A DNA stretch of 38,721 nucleotides from Bryobacteraceae bacterium (GTDB taxonomy: Bacteria; Acidobacteriota; Terriglobia; Bryobacterales; Bryobacteraceae). This document shows positions 25,891 through 34,035 of this stretch, one piece after another (position 1 is the stretch's first letter; every line of letters begins with the position of its first letter). The position numbers were made by a program, and so were the translations under genes. The stretch lies in NCBI GenBank assembly GCA_036521635.1, contig DATDHK010000318.1, forward strand, positions 1-38,721. Direction: 5' to 3'. Below the pieces are notes generated by a model, which worked only from the letters and a program-made list of their open reading frames with translations, had not been told where the DNA came from and did not search any database.

Positions 25891-26736
25891 ATGCCCCCCA
25901 CTTCTGTGACGGAAATCGTTTGCGCCCATAGCCCCGATTCCGACGACGCTTACATGTTCTATGGCTTGGCCACCAAGAAGGTGCGCTCCCGCACCGTCAG
26001 TTTCCGCCATGTGTTGGAAGACATTGAGACTTTGAACCGAAAAGCCATGGAAGGTCTGTACGAGCTGACCGCCATTTCTTACCATGCTTACCCTTATGTA
26101 GCCGACAAGTACGTCCTCATGGCCAGCGGATCCAGCATCGGCGACGGCTATGGACCGGTCCTGGTCAGTTCGCGCCCCATGGCCCCCGAAGAAATCAAAG
26201 GCAAGCGCATCGCGATTCCCGGCAAAATGACCAGCGCCTACCTGGCCCTCAAGCTGTACGAGCCCGATTTCGAAGAGGTCGCCATCCCCTTCGACAAGAT
26301 CCTGGATGCCGTGTCCGACCACTCGGTAGACGCCGGATTAATTATTCATGAAGGCCAGTTGACCTTCGGCCGTAGCGGCTTTCAAAGCGTCTTAGATCTA
26401 GGACGATGGTGGAAGAGCGTGTACGATCTGCCTTTGCCGCTGGGGGGGAACGTGCTGTTGCGTTCCCTGCCGGACAACATGAAAAGCGAGTGCTGCCGGC
26501 TGATGCGGGAGAGTATTCAGTATGCCCTGGACCACAACGAGGAAGCCCTGAACTACGCCCTCCAGTTCGCGCGCGACCTGGAGCCGCGCCTGGCGGAAAA
26601 GTTCGTCGGAATGTACGTGAACCACTACACCGTGGATTGCGGCGACCTGGTGCCCGTGGCCGCCCAGAAATTGCTGGATCTGGGATACGAAGCCGGGCTG
26701 ATTTCCAAGAAAGTAACCGTTGAATTTGTTCGCTAA
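25891..26736 (+). CDS. MqnA/MqnD-family protein (futalosine-pathway menaquinone biosynthesis family, PF02621-like)
   Basis: AHSPDSDDAYMFYGL...LEDIETLNRKAMEG...ISYHAY resembles the MqnD SPCPND...LEDVETLN pattern. The subfamily is not resolvable by eye. Confidence 0.65.
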   Translation: MPPTSVTEIVCAHSPDSDDAYMFYGLATKKVRSRTVSFRHVLEDIETLNRKAMEGLYELTAISYHAYPYVADKYVLMASGSSIGDGYGPVLVSSRPMAPEEIKGKRIAIPGKMTSAYLALKLYEPDFEEVAIPFDKILDAVSDHSVDAGLIIHEGQLTFGRSGFQSVLDLGRWWKSVYDLPLPLGGNVLLRSLPDNMKSECCRLMRESIQYALDHNEEALNYALQFARDLEPRLAEKFVGMYVNHYTVDCGDLVPVAAQKLLDLGYEAGLISKKVTVEFVR

Positions 26737-26746
26737 TATCCGTCAA

Positions 26747-28045
26747 ATGCGCTTTGGCAAATCGGCTATTCCGATAGTTACGGGACTGCTATTATTCGCG
26801 GCCGCCGGCGCCTGGGCGCAGAACGACCCCAAATCGCGCGCCAAAATCGTCCGTGAACTGGGCAAGGGCGGATCGGAATCCATCGCCCGCATCGAGCCTT
26901 ACCTGACCGACCCCGATTTCGACGTGCGCCTGGAAGCGGTGAAAGCCATCGTCGATATCGGCACCCAGCGCAGCCTCGATCCTTTGATCAAAGCGAGCAG
27001 CGACAACGACGCCGAAATCCAAATCCGCGCCACCGACGGCCTGGTGAATTTCTACGTGCCCGGCTACATCAAGACCGGACTCACCGCCTCCATGCGCCGC
27101 GTGGGCAGTTCCATCAAGAGCAAATTCACCGACACCAACGATCAGGTAATCGACGCCTACGTTCAGGTTCGCCCGGAAGTGATTCAGGCGCTGGGAAGGT
27201 TAGCCCGCGGCGGCGTCAGCATGGATGTGCGGGCCAACGCCGCGCGCGCGGCCGGAATTTTGCGTGGATACCAGGCGGTCCCCGATCTGATCGAGGCGCT
27301 GCGCTCGAAAGACAGCGAGGTGATTTATGAATCGCTGATCGCCTTGCAGAAAATCGGCGACGCCAAAGCCGGCCCGGGAATCATGTTTCTCCTGCGCGAC
27401 TTGAATGAGCGGGTGCAAATCGCGGCTATCGAAACCACCGGCCTGTTGAAGAATCGCGATGCCATAAACGACCTGCGCGATATCCTCGACCGTTCGAAAA
27501 ACATGAAGGTAAAGCGCGCCGTGCTGACCGCGATCGCGCAAATGCCGGATGCGCAATCCCGCGGCGTATGCGCCGCATACCTGGAAAACAAGGACGACGG
27601 ACTGCGCGAAGCCGCCGCCGAGGGCCTGGGCCGCGCGAAAAATCCAGCCGATCGCGCAACGCTAGAGAATGCATTTGCGGCCGAGAGGAAGACCGGCCCG
27701 CGCCTCTCCATAGCATTCGCCCTGGTCCTGATGGGCAAGCGCGAGATGGGCGAATTCGACCCGTTGCGCTACCTGGTCAACAATCTAAATTCAAGCGGCT
27801 ATCGCGGAGTGGCCCGCGCCTATCTAACGGAACTAACCCGCGACATCCAGATTCGCCGCCTGCTCTACCCAGCCTTGCAAGAGCCCACCGCGACGAAGGA
27901 CGAAAAAACCGCCCTAGCCCAAGTCTTCGCCAACAGCGGCGGCCAAGACTCAATCGCCCCGCTAGAAGCGTTGTCCAACGACCCCACCGCCGAAGTCTCC
28001 CAAGAAGCCCGCCGCTCGTTAAGAAATCTACGAGCGCGTTTGTAA
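26747..28045 (+). CDS. Secreted HEAT-repeat protein
   Basis: ATG 26747 preferred over TTG 26720. Signal peptide MRFGKSAIPIVTGLLLFAAAGAWAQ. Repeated DxxVRxxAxxALGxIG-type HEAT/PBS-lyase units. Confidence 0.75.
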   Translation: MRFGKSAIPIVTGLLLFAAAGAWAQNDPKSRAKIVRELGKGGSESIARIEPYLTDPDFDVRLEAVKAIVDIGTQRSLDPLIKASSDNDAEIQIRATDGLVNFYVPGYIKTGLTASMRRVGSSIKSKFTDTNDQVIDAYVQVRPEVIQALGRLARGGVSMDVRANAARAAGILRGYQAVPDLIEALRSKDSEVIYESLIALQKIGDAKAGPGIMFLLRDLNERVQIAAIETTGLLKNRDAINDLRDILDRSKNMKVKRAVLTAIAQMPDAQSRGVCAAYLENKDDGLREAAAEGLGRAKNPADRATLENAFAAERKTGPRLSIAFALVLMGKREMGEFDPLRYLVNNLNSSGYRGVARAYLTELTRDIQIRRLLYPALQEPTATKDEKTALAQVFANSGGQDSIAPLEALSNDPTAEVSQEARRSLRNLRARL

Positions 28046-28046
28046 T

Positions 28047-28088
28047 TGTGGGGCAGGTTGGTAACCTGCCGCCGATTGAAAATCGGCC
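28047..28088. repeat. REP-like half element
   Basis: tgtggggcaggttggtaacctgccgccgattgaaaatcggcc. Starts 1 nt after the TAA at 28043-28045 and lies between convergent genes. Confidence 0.8.
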
Positions 28089-28096
28089 TTCGAACC

Positions 28097-28606
28097 CTAC
28101 GGCTGAATCCTCTTCACAATCTGCTGAAACTCCTCATCGGTCAACCAATTCTTACCCGGATCCCCCCCGCCCCGAAAATCCCTCCCCCTCCAAAGCGCCA
28201 GGGCGGAAGCCACATACAACTCCCCCCGCTGAAAATCGTAGAGCACCTGCACATGCTCGCCCTCAGCCCTGGAATTATCCAAAGGCTTCAGCCGAAAATT
28301 CAAATAAACTGCCCGGTCGCCGGCCAGCCAGCGATCCTCATTGACCCGCTCGAGCCGCATCTTCGGAAGCTCATAGCGCAGATCCAAACCCCAACTCCCG
28401 GTGAACCTGAGGACCGTCTGTTTGGAAAATCCGTGCTGCTCCAACTGATAGCCCCAGCAGAATCCGCCCCCGCACTTTTGCCCGAATCCGACGGCATCCC
28501 GGGAAAGGCGAACCACGAGCAGCACCGCCAGCACAATCAAAATGGCGAACGCGGCGGCGATCCATAGAACTCTTCGAATCGTGGGCGTCACAACTAACTG
28601 CTTCAT
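28097..28606 (-). CDS. Membrane-anchored hypothetical protein
   Basis: Trimmed to MKQLVVTPTIRRVLWIAAAFAILIVLAVLLVV (single N-terminal TM). No family recognised. Confidence 0.6.
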   Translation of the reverse strand: MKQLVVTPTIRRVLWIAAAFAILIVLAVLLVVRLSRDAVGFGQKCGGGFCWGYQLEQHGFSKQTVLRFTGSWGLDLRYELPKMRLERVNEDRWLAGDRAVYLNFRLKPLDNSRAEGEHVQVLYDFQRGELYVASALALWRGRDFRGGGDPGKNWLTDEEFQQIVKRIQP

Positions 28607-28628
28607 TATGGGGGAAAATGGACTGGGA

Positions 28629-30047
28629 ATGAAAACACTGTTTTGTTGTTTCGCCGCCGCGCTCGGCTCGTGCGCTGTCTTCGCGCAGGTTGAGCCGGCC
28701 GCCAAGCCCGCGCCAGTCTCGCTGAATGAACTCAGCTCTTCGCTCGAGAGCCTGGTGAACAGGATTCGTCCGAGCGTGGTCCAGATTTTCTCGACGGGCT
28801 ACGCCGCGCCTGAGGAAAGCGACGCTACCAGCACCAGTCTTCTTTCCAAGCAACACAGCACTGGTTCGGGAATCATCCTCTCGACGGACGGATACATTGT
28901 GACGAACGCCCACGCGGTCCGTGGCGCGCGCCGCATACAGGTCCGGCTTCGCGCTGTGCGTCCGGACGCCTCGGGAAGGCCGGTAGCGTTTTTGCCGGAA
29001 GGAAAACTTGTAGAAGCGAAGCTGGTGGGGATGGACCGCGAAGCCGACATCGCGGTGATCAAGATCGCGCTCACCGGATTGCCGCGCCTTCAGTTGGGAG
29101 ACTCCGATGGCGTGCGCCAGGGCGAGCTGGTGATGGCGTTCGGGAACCCGCTGGGCCTCGAAGGATCGGTCAGCATGGGCATCGTAAGCTCAACCTCGCG
29201 CGAGCTTCATCCCGATGACATGATGGTCTACATTCAGACCGACGCGCCGATCAATCCCGGCAATAGCGGCGGACCGTTGGTGGATTCTCTCGGCCGGGTA
29301 ATCGGAATCAACACTTTCATCCTGTCGCAATCCGGCGGCAGCGAAGGAATAGGGTTTGCGATTCCGAGCAACATCGTGAGCAACGTCTTCGGCCAAATCC
29401 GCAAGGAAGGGCATGTGCATCGCGCCCGCATCGGCATACACGCGCAGACCATCACGCCGGCCATGGCGGCGGGTCTCAACCTCACACGCGACTGGGGCGT
29501 GCTTGCGGGCGACGTGCAGCCGGACGGCCCGGCCGATCAAGCGGGCGTGCGCGTCGGCGACATCGTGCTTACGCTGAACGGAAAAACGATGCATAGTGCG
29601 CGCCAGCTCGAAGTGGAAATCTACCGCTATCCGATGCGCCAAAAAGTGAAGCTGGGAATCCTGCGCGGCCCCGGCCAGCTCACCATCGAAGTGCCCGTCA
29701 TCGACAGCATCGACGATCCGCAACGCTTCGCGGACATGGTGAAACCGGAGGACAACTTGATTCCGCGCCTGGGAATTCTAGGCATCGGCATCGATAAGAC
29801 GCTTTCGCAAATGCTGCCCAATCTGCGGCACGCGTATGGCGTGGTTGTGGCCGCGGGATCCACCAGCGACCTAACTAGCGGAACCGGATTGCAGCCGGGA
29901 GACGTCATCTATTCCGTGAACAATTCTCCGGTAAGCACCGTGGCCGCATTGAAGACGAAGCTGGACGAATTCAAGCCTGGCGACCCGGTGGTGATGCAAA
30001 TCGAGCGGGCCGGCCGGTTGATGTTCGTGACGCTAGAACTCGAATGA
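28629..30047 (+). CDS. HtrA/DegP-family periplasmic serine protease with PDZ domains
   Basis: Signal peptide MKTLFCCFAAALGSCAVFAQ. Catalytic triad contexts TNAHAV, DIAVIK and GNSGGPL. Two PDZ-like regions (GDIVLTLNG..., GDVIYSVNN...). Confidence 0.9.
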   Translation: MKTLFCCFAAALGSCAVFAQVEPAAKPAPVSLNELSSSLESLVNRIRPSVVQIFSTGYAAPEESDATSTSLLSKQHSTGSGIILSTDGYIVTNAHAVRGARRIQVRLRAVRPDASGRPVAFLPEGKLVEAKLVGMDREADIAVIKIALTGLPRLQLGDSDGVRQGELVMAFGNPLGLEGSVSMGIVSSTSRELHPDDMMVYIQTDAPINPGNSGGPLVDSLGRVIGINTFILSQSGGSEGIGFAIPSNIVSNVFGQIRKEGHVHRARIGIHAQTITPAMAAGLNLTRDWGVLAGDVQPDGPADQAGVRVGDIVLTLNGKTMHSARQLEVEIYRYPMRQKVKLGILRGPGQLTIEVPVIDSIDDPQRFADMVKPEDNLIPRLGILGIGIDKTLSQMLPNLRHAYGVVVAAGSTSDLTSGTGLQPGDVIYSVNNSPVSTVAALKTKLDEFKPGDPVVMQIERAGRLMFVTLELE

Positions 30048-31339
30048 CCCTCCTTCGTTTAGCCGTTGTAGTTTTGGTAGCGATGAACTTTGCCGGCGCG
30101 CAGAGTCGGCGCCAGCGTAAGCCTGCTGCGCCCGCGCCCGCCGCCGCTGCGAAATCCGATCAAACCTCCTGGCTGCTGGAAACGCTCAAAGTGGATGGGA
30201 ATAAAAACTACACGCCGGCGCAAATTCTGGCCGTCGCCGGGCTCCGGATTGGACAGACGGTCGGCGAGCCCGAATTCGAAGCAGCCCGCCAGCGGTTGGA
30301 GGCAACCGGCGTATTCGATCGCGTCGGCTTTCGCTTCACGCCCGCCAAGGATGGCAAGGGCATCGACGGCAAATTCGAAGTCTTTGAAATGGGGCAGATG
30401 TTCCCGATCCGTTTCGAAGATCTGCCCGTGACCGACGCCCAACTGCGCGACTTGCTGAAACAGAAAGATCCCTTGTTCGCCCCCAAAATCCCCGCGACGA
30501 AGCGCGAGCTCGACCGCTACGCCCAATGGATCACCGAATTCGTAGCGCAGCCGGTAATCGGCAAACTAACGAACGAAGGCTCGCCGGACCTGATGATCCT
30601 CTTCCGTCCAGCGAAACCGAAACCATCGGTGGCGCGCGTGATATTCAAGGATACGGGCGACCTTCCGTCAGGCTTGCTGCAAACCGCGATGTACGGCGTA
30701 GCGATCGGCATGGTGTACGGCGAGCCGCAATTCCGCTTGCTGCTCGACACCACCATCCGCCCGCTGTACGACGCAAAGGGCATGATCCGCGTGTCGTTTC
30801 CAAAGATTGAAACCGAGCCGGCCAAGGACGTCACCGGCATCGTCGTAACCGTGCAAGTCGAGCAGGGACCCATCTATAAACTAGGCAAAGTAACAATACA
30901 AGGCATCGACCCCGATTCTCTCCCGAAACTAGCGAATCTAACGGCCGGCAAGCCCGTAAATTTCGACGAAGCAAAAGCAGCCCAAGAGCGCATAGCGGAC
31001 ACCATGCACCGCACCGGCTACATCCAAGCAACCTCGCAAGTAAAACGCGACGTGCATGACGCCGAGAAGACCGTAGACGTGACGATCGCAGTGACGCCCG
31101 GCCCCCAATTCGCGATGGGCAAGCTGGACATAGTAAATCTCGACATCGAGACCGAGCCGGTTATTAGAAAACTATGGGGCCTCCAGCCGGGCAAGCCCTT
31201 CAATACCGAATACCCGCAGCATTTCCTGGACCGCGTAAAAGAGCAGGGCATTTTCGACAACCTAAAAGCAACGCGCGCCGAGACAAAGGTGAATCAAAAA
31301 GAAAACACAGTCGACGTAACGTTGTATTTCAACAAATAG
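30044..31339 (+). CDS. POTRA-repeat protein without a beta-barrel domain
   Basis: ATG overlaps the htrA TGA (ATGA at 30044-30047). Signal peptide present. Several POTRA-like units (LETLKVDGNKNYTPAQILAVAGLRIGQ..., KLGKVTIQGID..., MGKLDIVNLD...). 431 aa is too short for an Omp85 barrel. Confidence 0.65.
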   Translation: MTLLRLAVVVLVAMNFAGAQSRRQRKPAAPAPAAAAKSDQTSWLLETLKVDGNKNYTPAQILAVAGLRIGQTVGEPEFEAARQRLEATGVFDRVGFRFTPAKDGKGIDGKFEVFEMGQMFPIRFEDLPVTDAQLRDLLKQKDPLFAPKIPATKRELDRYAQWITEFVAQPVIGKLTNEGSPDLMILFRPAKPKPSVARVIFKDTGDLPSGLLQTAMYGVAIGMVYGEPQFRLLLDTTIRPLYDAKGMIRVSFPKIETEPAKDVTGIVVTVQVEQGPIYKLGKVTIQGIDPDSLPKLANLTAGKPVNFDEAKAAQERIADTMHRTGYIQATSQVKRDVHDAEKTVDVTIAVTPGPQFAMGKLDIVNLDIETEPVIRKLWGLQPGKPFNTEYPQHFLDRVKEQGIFDNLKATRAETKVNQKENTVDVTLYFNK

Positions 31340-31572
31340 CGACTGATACGATAATCAGCGCACCCAATGAAGGTATTACTAAGCTCGACAGGCCGCGACC
31401 TGACGACCTATCGCGAAGGGGCCTTAAAGCGCTTCTGTTCCGCTGGCGTTTTAACCAGCTACCAGAGCCGTCCAATGGAGTGTTCGTCAGATTGAACCCA
31501 CCCTTGATCGTTTTGCCTGCAAAATGTTTTAACGCTGCGGTTTGAGGTCGATCATGACCGTTGGGCCAATGT

Positions 31573-31755
31573 TCATTCCTTGGCCTTCGCCTTCGCCTTT
31601 TTGGCTCGTGCCGATGCCTCACCCGCTTTTTTTGCCCGTGCGGAACGCTGCTTCTCGGTGAGATTGGCGGCAGCGGCCTTACCGCCTTTCTTCCCCTGCT
31701 CCACAAAAAACTCTTCCATCTCCGTCACCGACCAGAACCTTTTCTTTTTGCCCAT
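31573..31755 (-). CDS. Small Lys/Ala-rich basic protein
   Basis: 60 aa: MGKKKRFWSVTEMEEFFVEQGKKGG...ARAKKAKAKAKE. An isolated ORF in a lower-GC islet. A low-complexity tail is plausible for nucleic-acid binding. Confidence 0.4.
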   Translation of the reverse strand: MGKKKRFWSVTEMEEFFVEQGKKGGKAAAANLTEKQRSARAKKAGEASARAKKAKAKAKE

Positions 31756-31824
31756 CCATCGAAAGCTTAGGGCTTTGTGGCATCCGGAAGAGCGTCTTTC
31801 AACTTTTAGCTAATCTGCCAGAAC

Positions 31825-31962
31825 ATGACCACACGTCGGCTTGTATGGTTGGCATCGGCGATTCTACTTTTATTGCTCTTGTGGATCGCTGAGCAAGAGA
31901 TCAAATACCCATGCCGCAACATCGAATTTGATCCTTACGGCCATCCGTATTGCCCGGACTAA
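31825..31962 (+). CDS. Possible 45-aa membrane-anchored peptide
   Basis: Read by eye and below the track cutoff: MTTRRLVWLASAILLLLLLWIAEQEIKYPCRNIEFDPYGHPYCPD*. No strong RBS. Confidence 0.2.
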   Translation: MTTRRLVWLASAILLLLLLWIAEQEIKYPCRNIEFDPYGHPYCPD

Positions 31963-32247
31963 AAGTAGGTGAAGCCAGCAAGCTGTCTGGCTGTAAGGTG
32001 GACAGGAATGCAACACGAACTGTCGGACGAAGAATTGCAAAAGGTTGTGAAGTCCCTTTTTGTACAGAGCCATGTACAAAGCATTTTTGCTGGTCTGTAA
32101 GTTATTGATTATTAGGTTTGTGGCGGCTCCCCAGAAAACGTGTTTTCAAACTTTTTCTCTGCCTTTCCGAGTCCATGTCGGGCTGCCGGAAACACGGGCT
32201 TCCAACCGATGTCGGGACTGGCCCGGTGGCAGTTCGAATACGGAACG

Positions 32248-32607
32248 TTACTCGGGTCCCGCGGCCGTGAGTCGCCGCACTTCAGCGATCGAGGCGTCCT
32301 GTAGTTCAGTCAAACTGTTCTGTGCCGTGTACCACACCAAGGCTTCATCGACGACTTCGTATTCATGCCGGTACACATTGCCCGCCGCTGCTATTGCGGT
32401 CCAATCGATTCCGGGATGGCGGAGCTTCAGATCGTCCGGTAACCGTCGAGAAGCTTCCGAAATAATTTCCAGTGCGCGGGTCACAGCATAGACCGTCTTT
32501 CGGTCACCGGCAAAATCGCCAAGATTCATGTCCGCTGTAAATGCCCGAATCGCATCAATGTTGTCGATGATGTCCCGCAGACGTTGAGCCGAATTCTTAG
32601 AAGACAT
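32248..32607 (-). CDS. hepT: HepT-like (DUF86/HEPN) toxin
   Basis: LRDIIDNIDAIRAF...VYAVTRALEIISEASRRL...IDWTAIAAAGNVYRHEYEVVD follows the DUF86 layout. Overlaps the upstream MNT gene by 11 nt. Confidence 0.8.
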   Translation of the reverse strand: MSSKNSAQRLRDIIDNIDAIRAFTADMNLGDFAGDRKTVYAVTRALEIISEASRRLPDDLKLRHPGIDWTAIAAAGNVYRHEYEVVDEALVWYTAQNSLTELQDASIAEVRRLTAAGPE

Positions 32608-32899
32608 TCACGGCGTCGCGGAGGATCGCGTCTTTGAGCAGCGGTCTGAGGGTCTTCCTGTTAACAACATCCGCCGATCCGCCTAGGAGCCCTGAGATTA
32701 GAAGCCTCACCCTGGAGTACTCGAAGAGACCCATTGGGCGGTGGGGATCAAGATCGACGAGCACGTCAATGTCACCGTCAGCGTGAGACTCGCCCCTTGC
32801 TACCGAGCCAAAAACAGCGGCGTGACAGACGCCGTGCCTGCGCAATTCAGCCTCATGCTGGTGCAACGTGCTAAGTACTTGTGATAGCGACGCAGGCAT
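32597..32899 (-). CDS. mntA: MNT-type nucleotidyltransferase antitoxin
   Basis: Trimmed to MPASLSQV.... AVFGSVARGESHADGDIDVLVDLD is the GS-x-RG...DxD minimal nucleotidyltransferase motif. Confidence 0.8.
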   Translation of the reverse strand: MPASLSQVLSTLHQHEAELRRHGVCHAAVFGSVARGESHADGDIDVLVDLDPHRPMGLFEYSRVRLLISGLLGGSADVVNRKTLRPLLKDAILRDAVNVF

Positions 32900-33046
32900 C
32901 TCAGCCCCAAGTCTAACAAAGCCGGTCCACGGGATGCGGGGACCCCCTTCAAATCCACTTGCAAGTCCGTAATTTAACCAGGCAGTGGCAAGGTGATCAC
33001 TCCTGAGTATGAGTATTGGATAGCAACGGATAGCACTGCTGGGCAA

Positions 33047-33120
33047 TGGCTCCCCGGCATGGATTCGAACCACGATTCACGGCTCCAAAGGCCGCTGTCC
33101 TACCATTAGACGACCGGGGA
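33047..33120 (-). tRNA. tRNA-Gln (anticodon UUG)
   Basis: Minus strand folded by hand: acceptor TCCCCGG/CCGGGGA, D-arm GTCTAATGGTAGGAC, anticodon stem GCGGC/GCCGT with loop CTTTGGA, T-arm CGTGGTTCGAATCCATG, discriminator G, encoded CCA. Confidence 0.85.
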
Positions 33121-33158
33121 TCTTCTACAGAGGCGTGTTGCTAGCAGCTAGTTTAACA

Positions 33159-33554
33159 TCACCACTCGGAATATGGCGTGCCTTCCAGGCTGGTTTTCTC
33201 CGAACCGCTGCGCACGTCGAAAATGCCCGGCTCGCTTTGATTCACGGTGTTGCTGGCGTCTTCCATGATGATCTTCCAGGAATCGGCGTTGTTGGTCATC
33301 GGGTCTATAGGCACCTGGCGCAGGTAGCCGTCGCTCACCAGGTCGTTCAGGGTTTGCGGGGCCTTTTGCTTGTCGTAGGTATACTCGTCAATCACCGTGC
33401 GCATGGTGAACAGGTTGCTCTTGAGCACACTTTCCTTGGCGCGTATGATGGAGCGGTTGTAGATTGGAAGCGCCACCGACATCAGGACCGCGATGATGGC
33501 CATCACGATCATCAACTCGATTAGCGTGAAGCCGCGGCGGAAATTCTTGAGCAT
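33159..33554 (-). CDS. GspG-like pseudopilin (prepilin-type N-terminal methylation domain)
   Basis: MLKNFRRGFTLIELMIVMAIIAVL is the prepilin cleavage/methylation motif (G/FTLIE). C-terminus ...EGTPYSEW*. Confidence 0.85.
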   Translation of the reverse strand: MLKNFRRGFTLIELMIVMAIIAVLMSVALPIYNRSIIRAKESVLKSNLFTMRTVIDEYTYDKQKAPQTLNDLVSDGYLRQVPIDPMTNNADSWKIIMEDASNTVNQSEPGIFDVRSGSEKTSLEGTPYSEW

Positions 33555-33559
33555 AGGCG

Positions 33560-34024
33560 TCACCACTCCGAGTAGGGTGTTCCATCCTTGGCCTTATCCA
33601 TACTTTTAGTGTAGACGCTGAAAACATTCTGACCGCCCCAGGCCTGGGCTTTGGGATCGTCGCGCGTGCTGCGCATGCCCCACTCTTTCGAATTGGTCAT
33701 CGGATCTTTCGGTATGCGGCGCAGATACTTGACCTTCTTATCGATCGCGCCTATCGCCTTCACACCCTCCACTAATTGATCCAGGCTTTCCGGATAATTG
33801 TCGGAGTCCAGCTTGGGCGGGCCGATTTTCCCGGCGTCCATGTCGTCCTTGAACTTGTCGATCGCGTTGTCGATCTCGCGAATCGCATTGAGCAGGTCGC
33901 GCTCCTTGTTGCGCTGGACTTTGTAGCGCGCCAAGGGCACGGCCATGGCGGCAAGCAGCAGCATGATGGTGAACGCTACGATCAATTCGATCAGCGTCAA
34001 GCCACGTTGTCTTCGGCGTTTCAT
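33560..34024 (-). CDS. GspG-like pseudopilin (prepilin-type N-terminal methylation domain)
   Basis: MKRRRQRGLTLIELIVAFTIMLLL, IPKDPMTN... resembles the GspG IPxDPWG region, C-terminus ...DGTPYSEW*. Starts 11 nt after the secretin stop. Confidence 0.85.
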   Translation of the reverse strand: MKRRRQRGLTLIELIVAFTIMLLLAAMAVPLARYKVQRNKERDLLNAIREIDNAIDKFKDDMDAGKIGPPKLDSDNYPESLDQLVEGVKAIGAIDKKVKYLRRIPKDPMTNSKEWGMRSTRDDPKAQAWGGQNVFSVYTKSMDKAKDGTPYSEW

Positions 34025-34035
34025 CTCCTCTTACT

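Noticed and set aside
31329-31706. 125-aa minus-strand ORF overlapping the 60-aa Lys/Ala-rich ORF in another frame, and the 69-aa ORF at 31870-32079(-).
   Set aside because: Arg/Pro-rich or compositionally odd sequence without start context. It lies in the lower-GC islet where random ORFs of this size are expected.
32120-32135. Possible att-type direct repeat of the tRNA-Gln 3' end (gtggcggctcccca versus tggctccccgg).
   Set aside because: Only 8 contiguous matching bases, which is expected by chance in 1.7 kb. It cannot define an island boundary.
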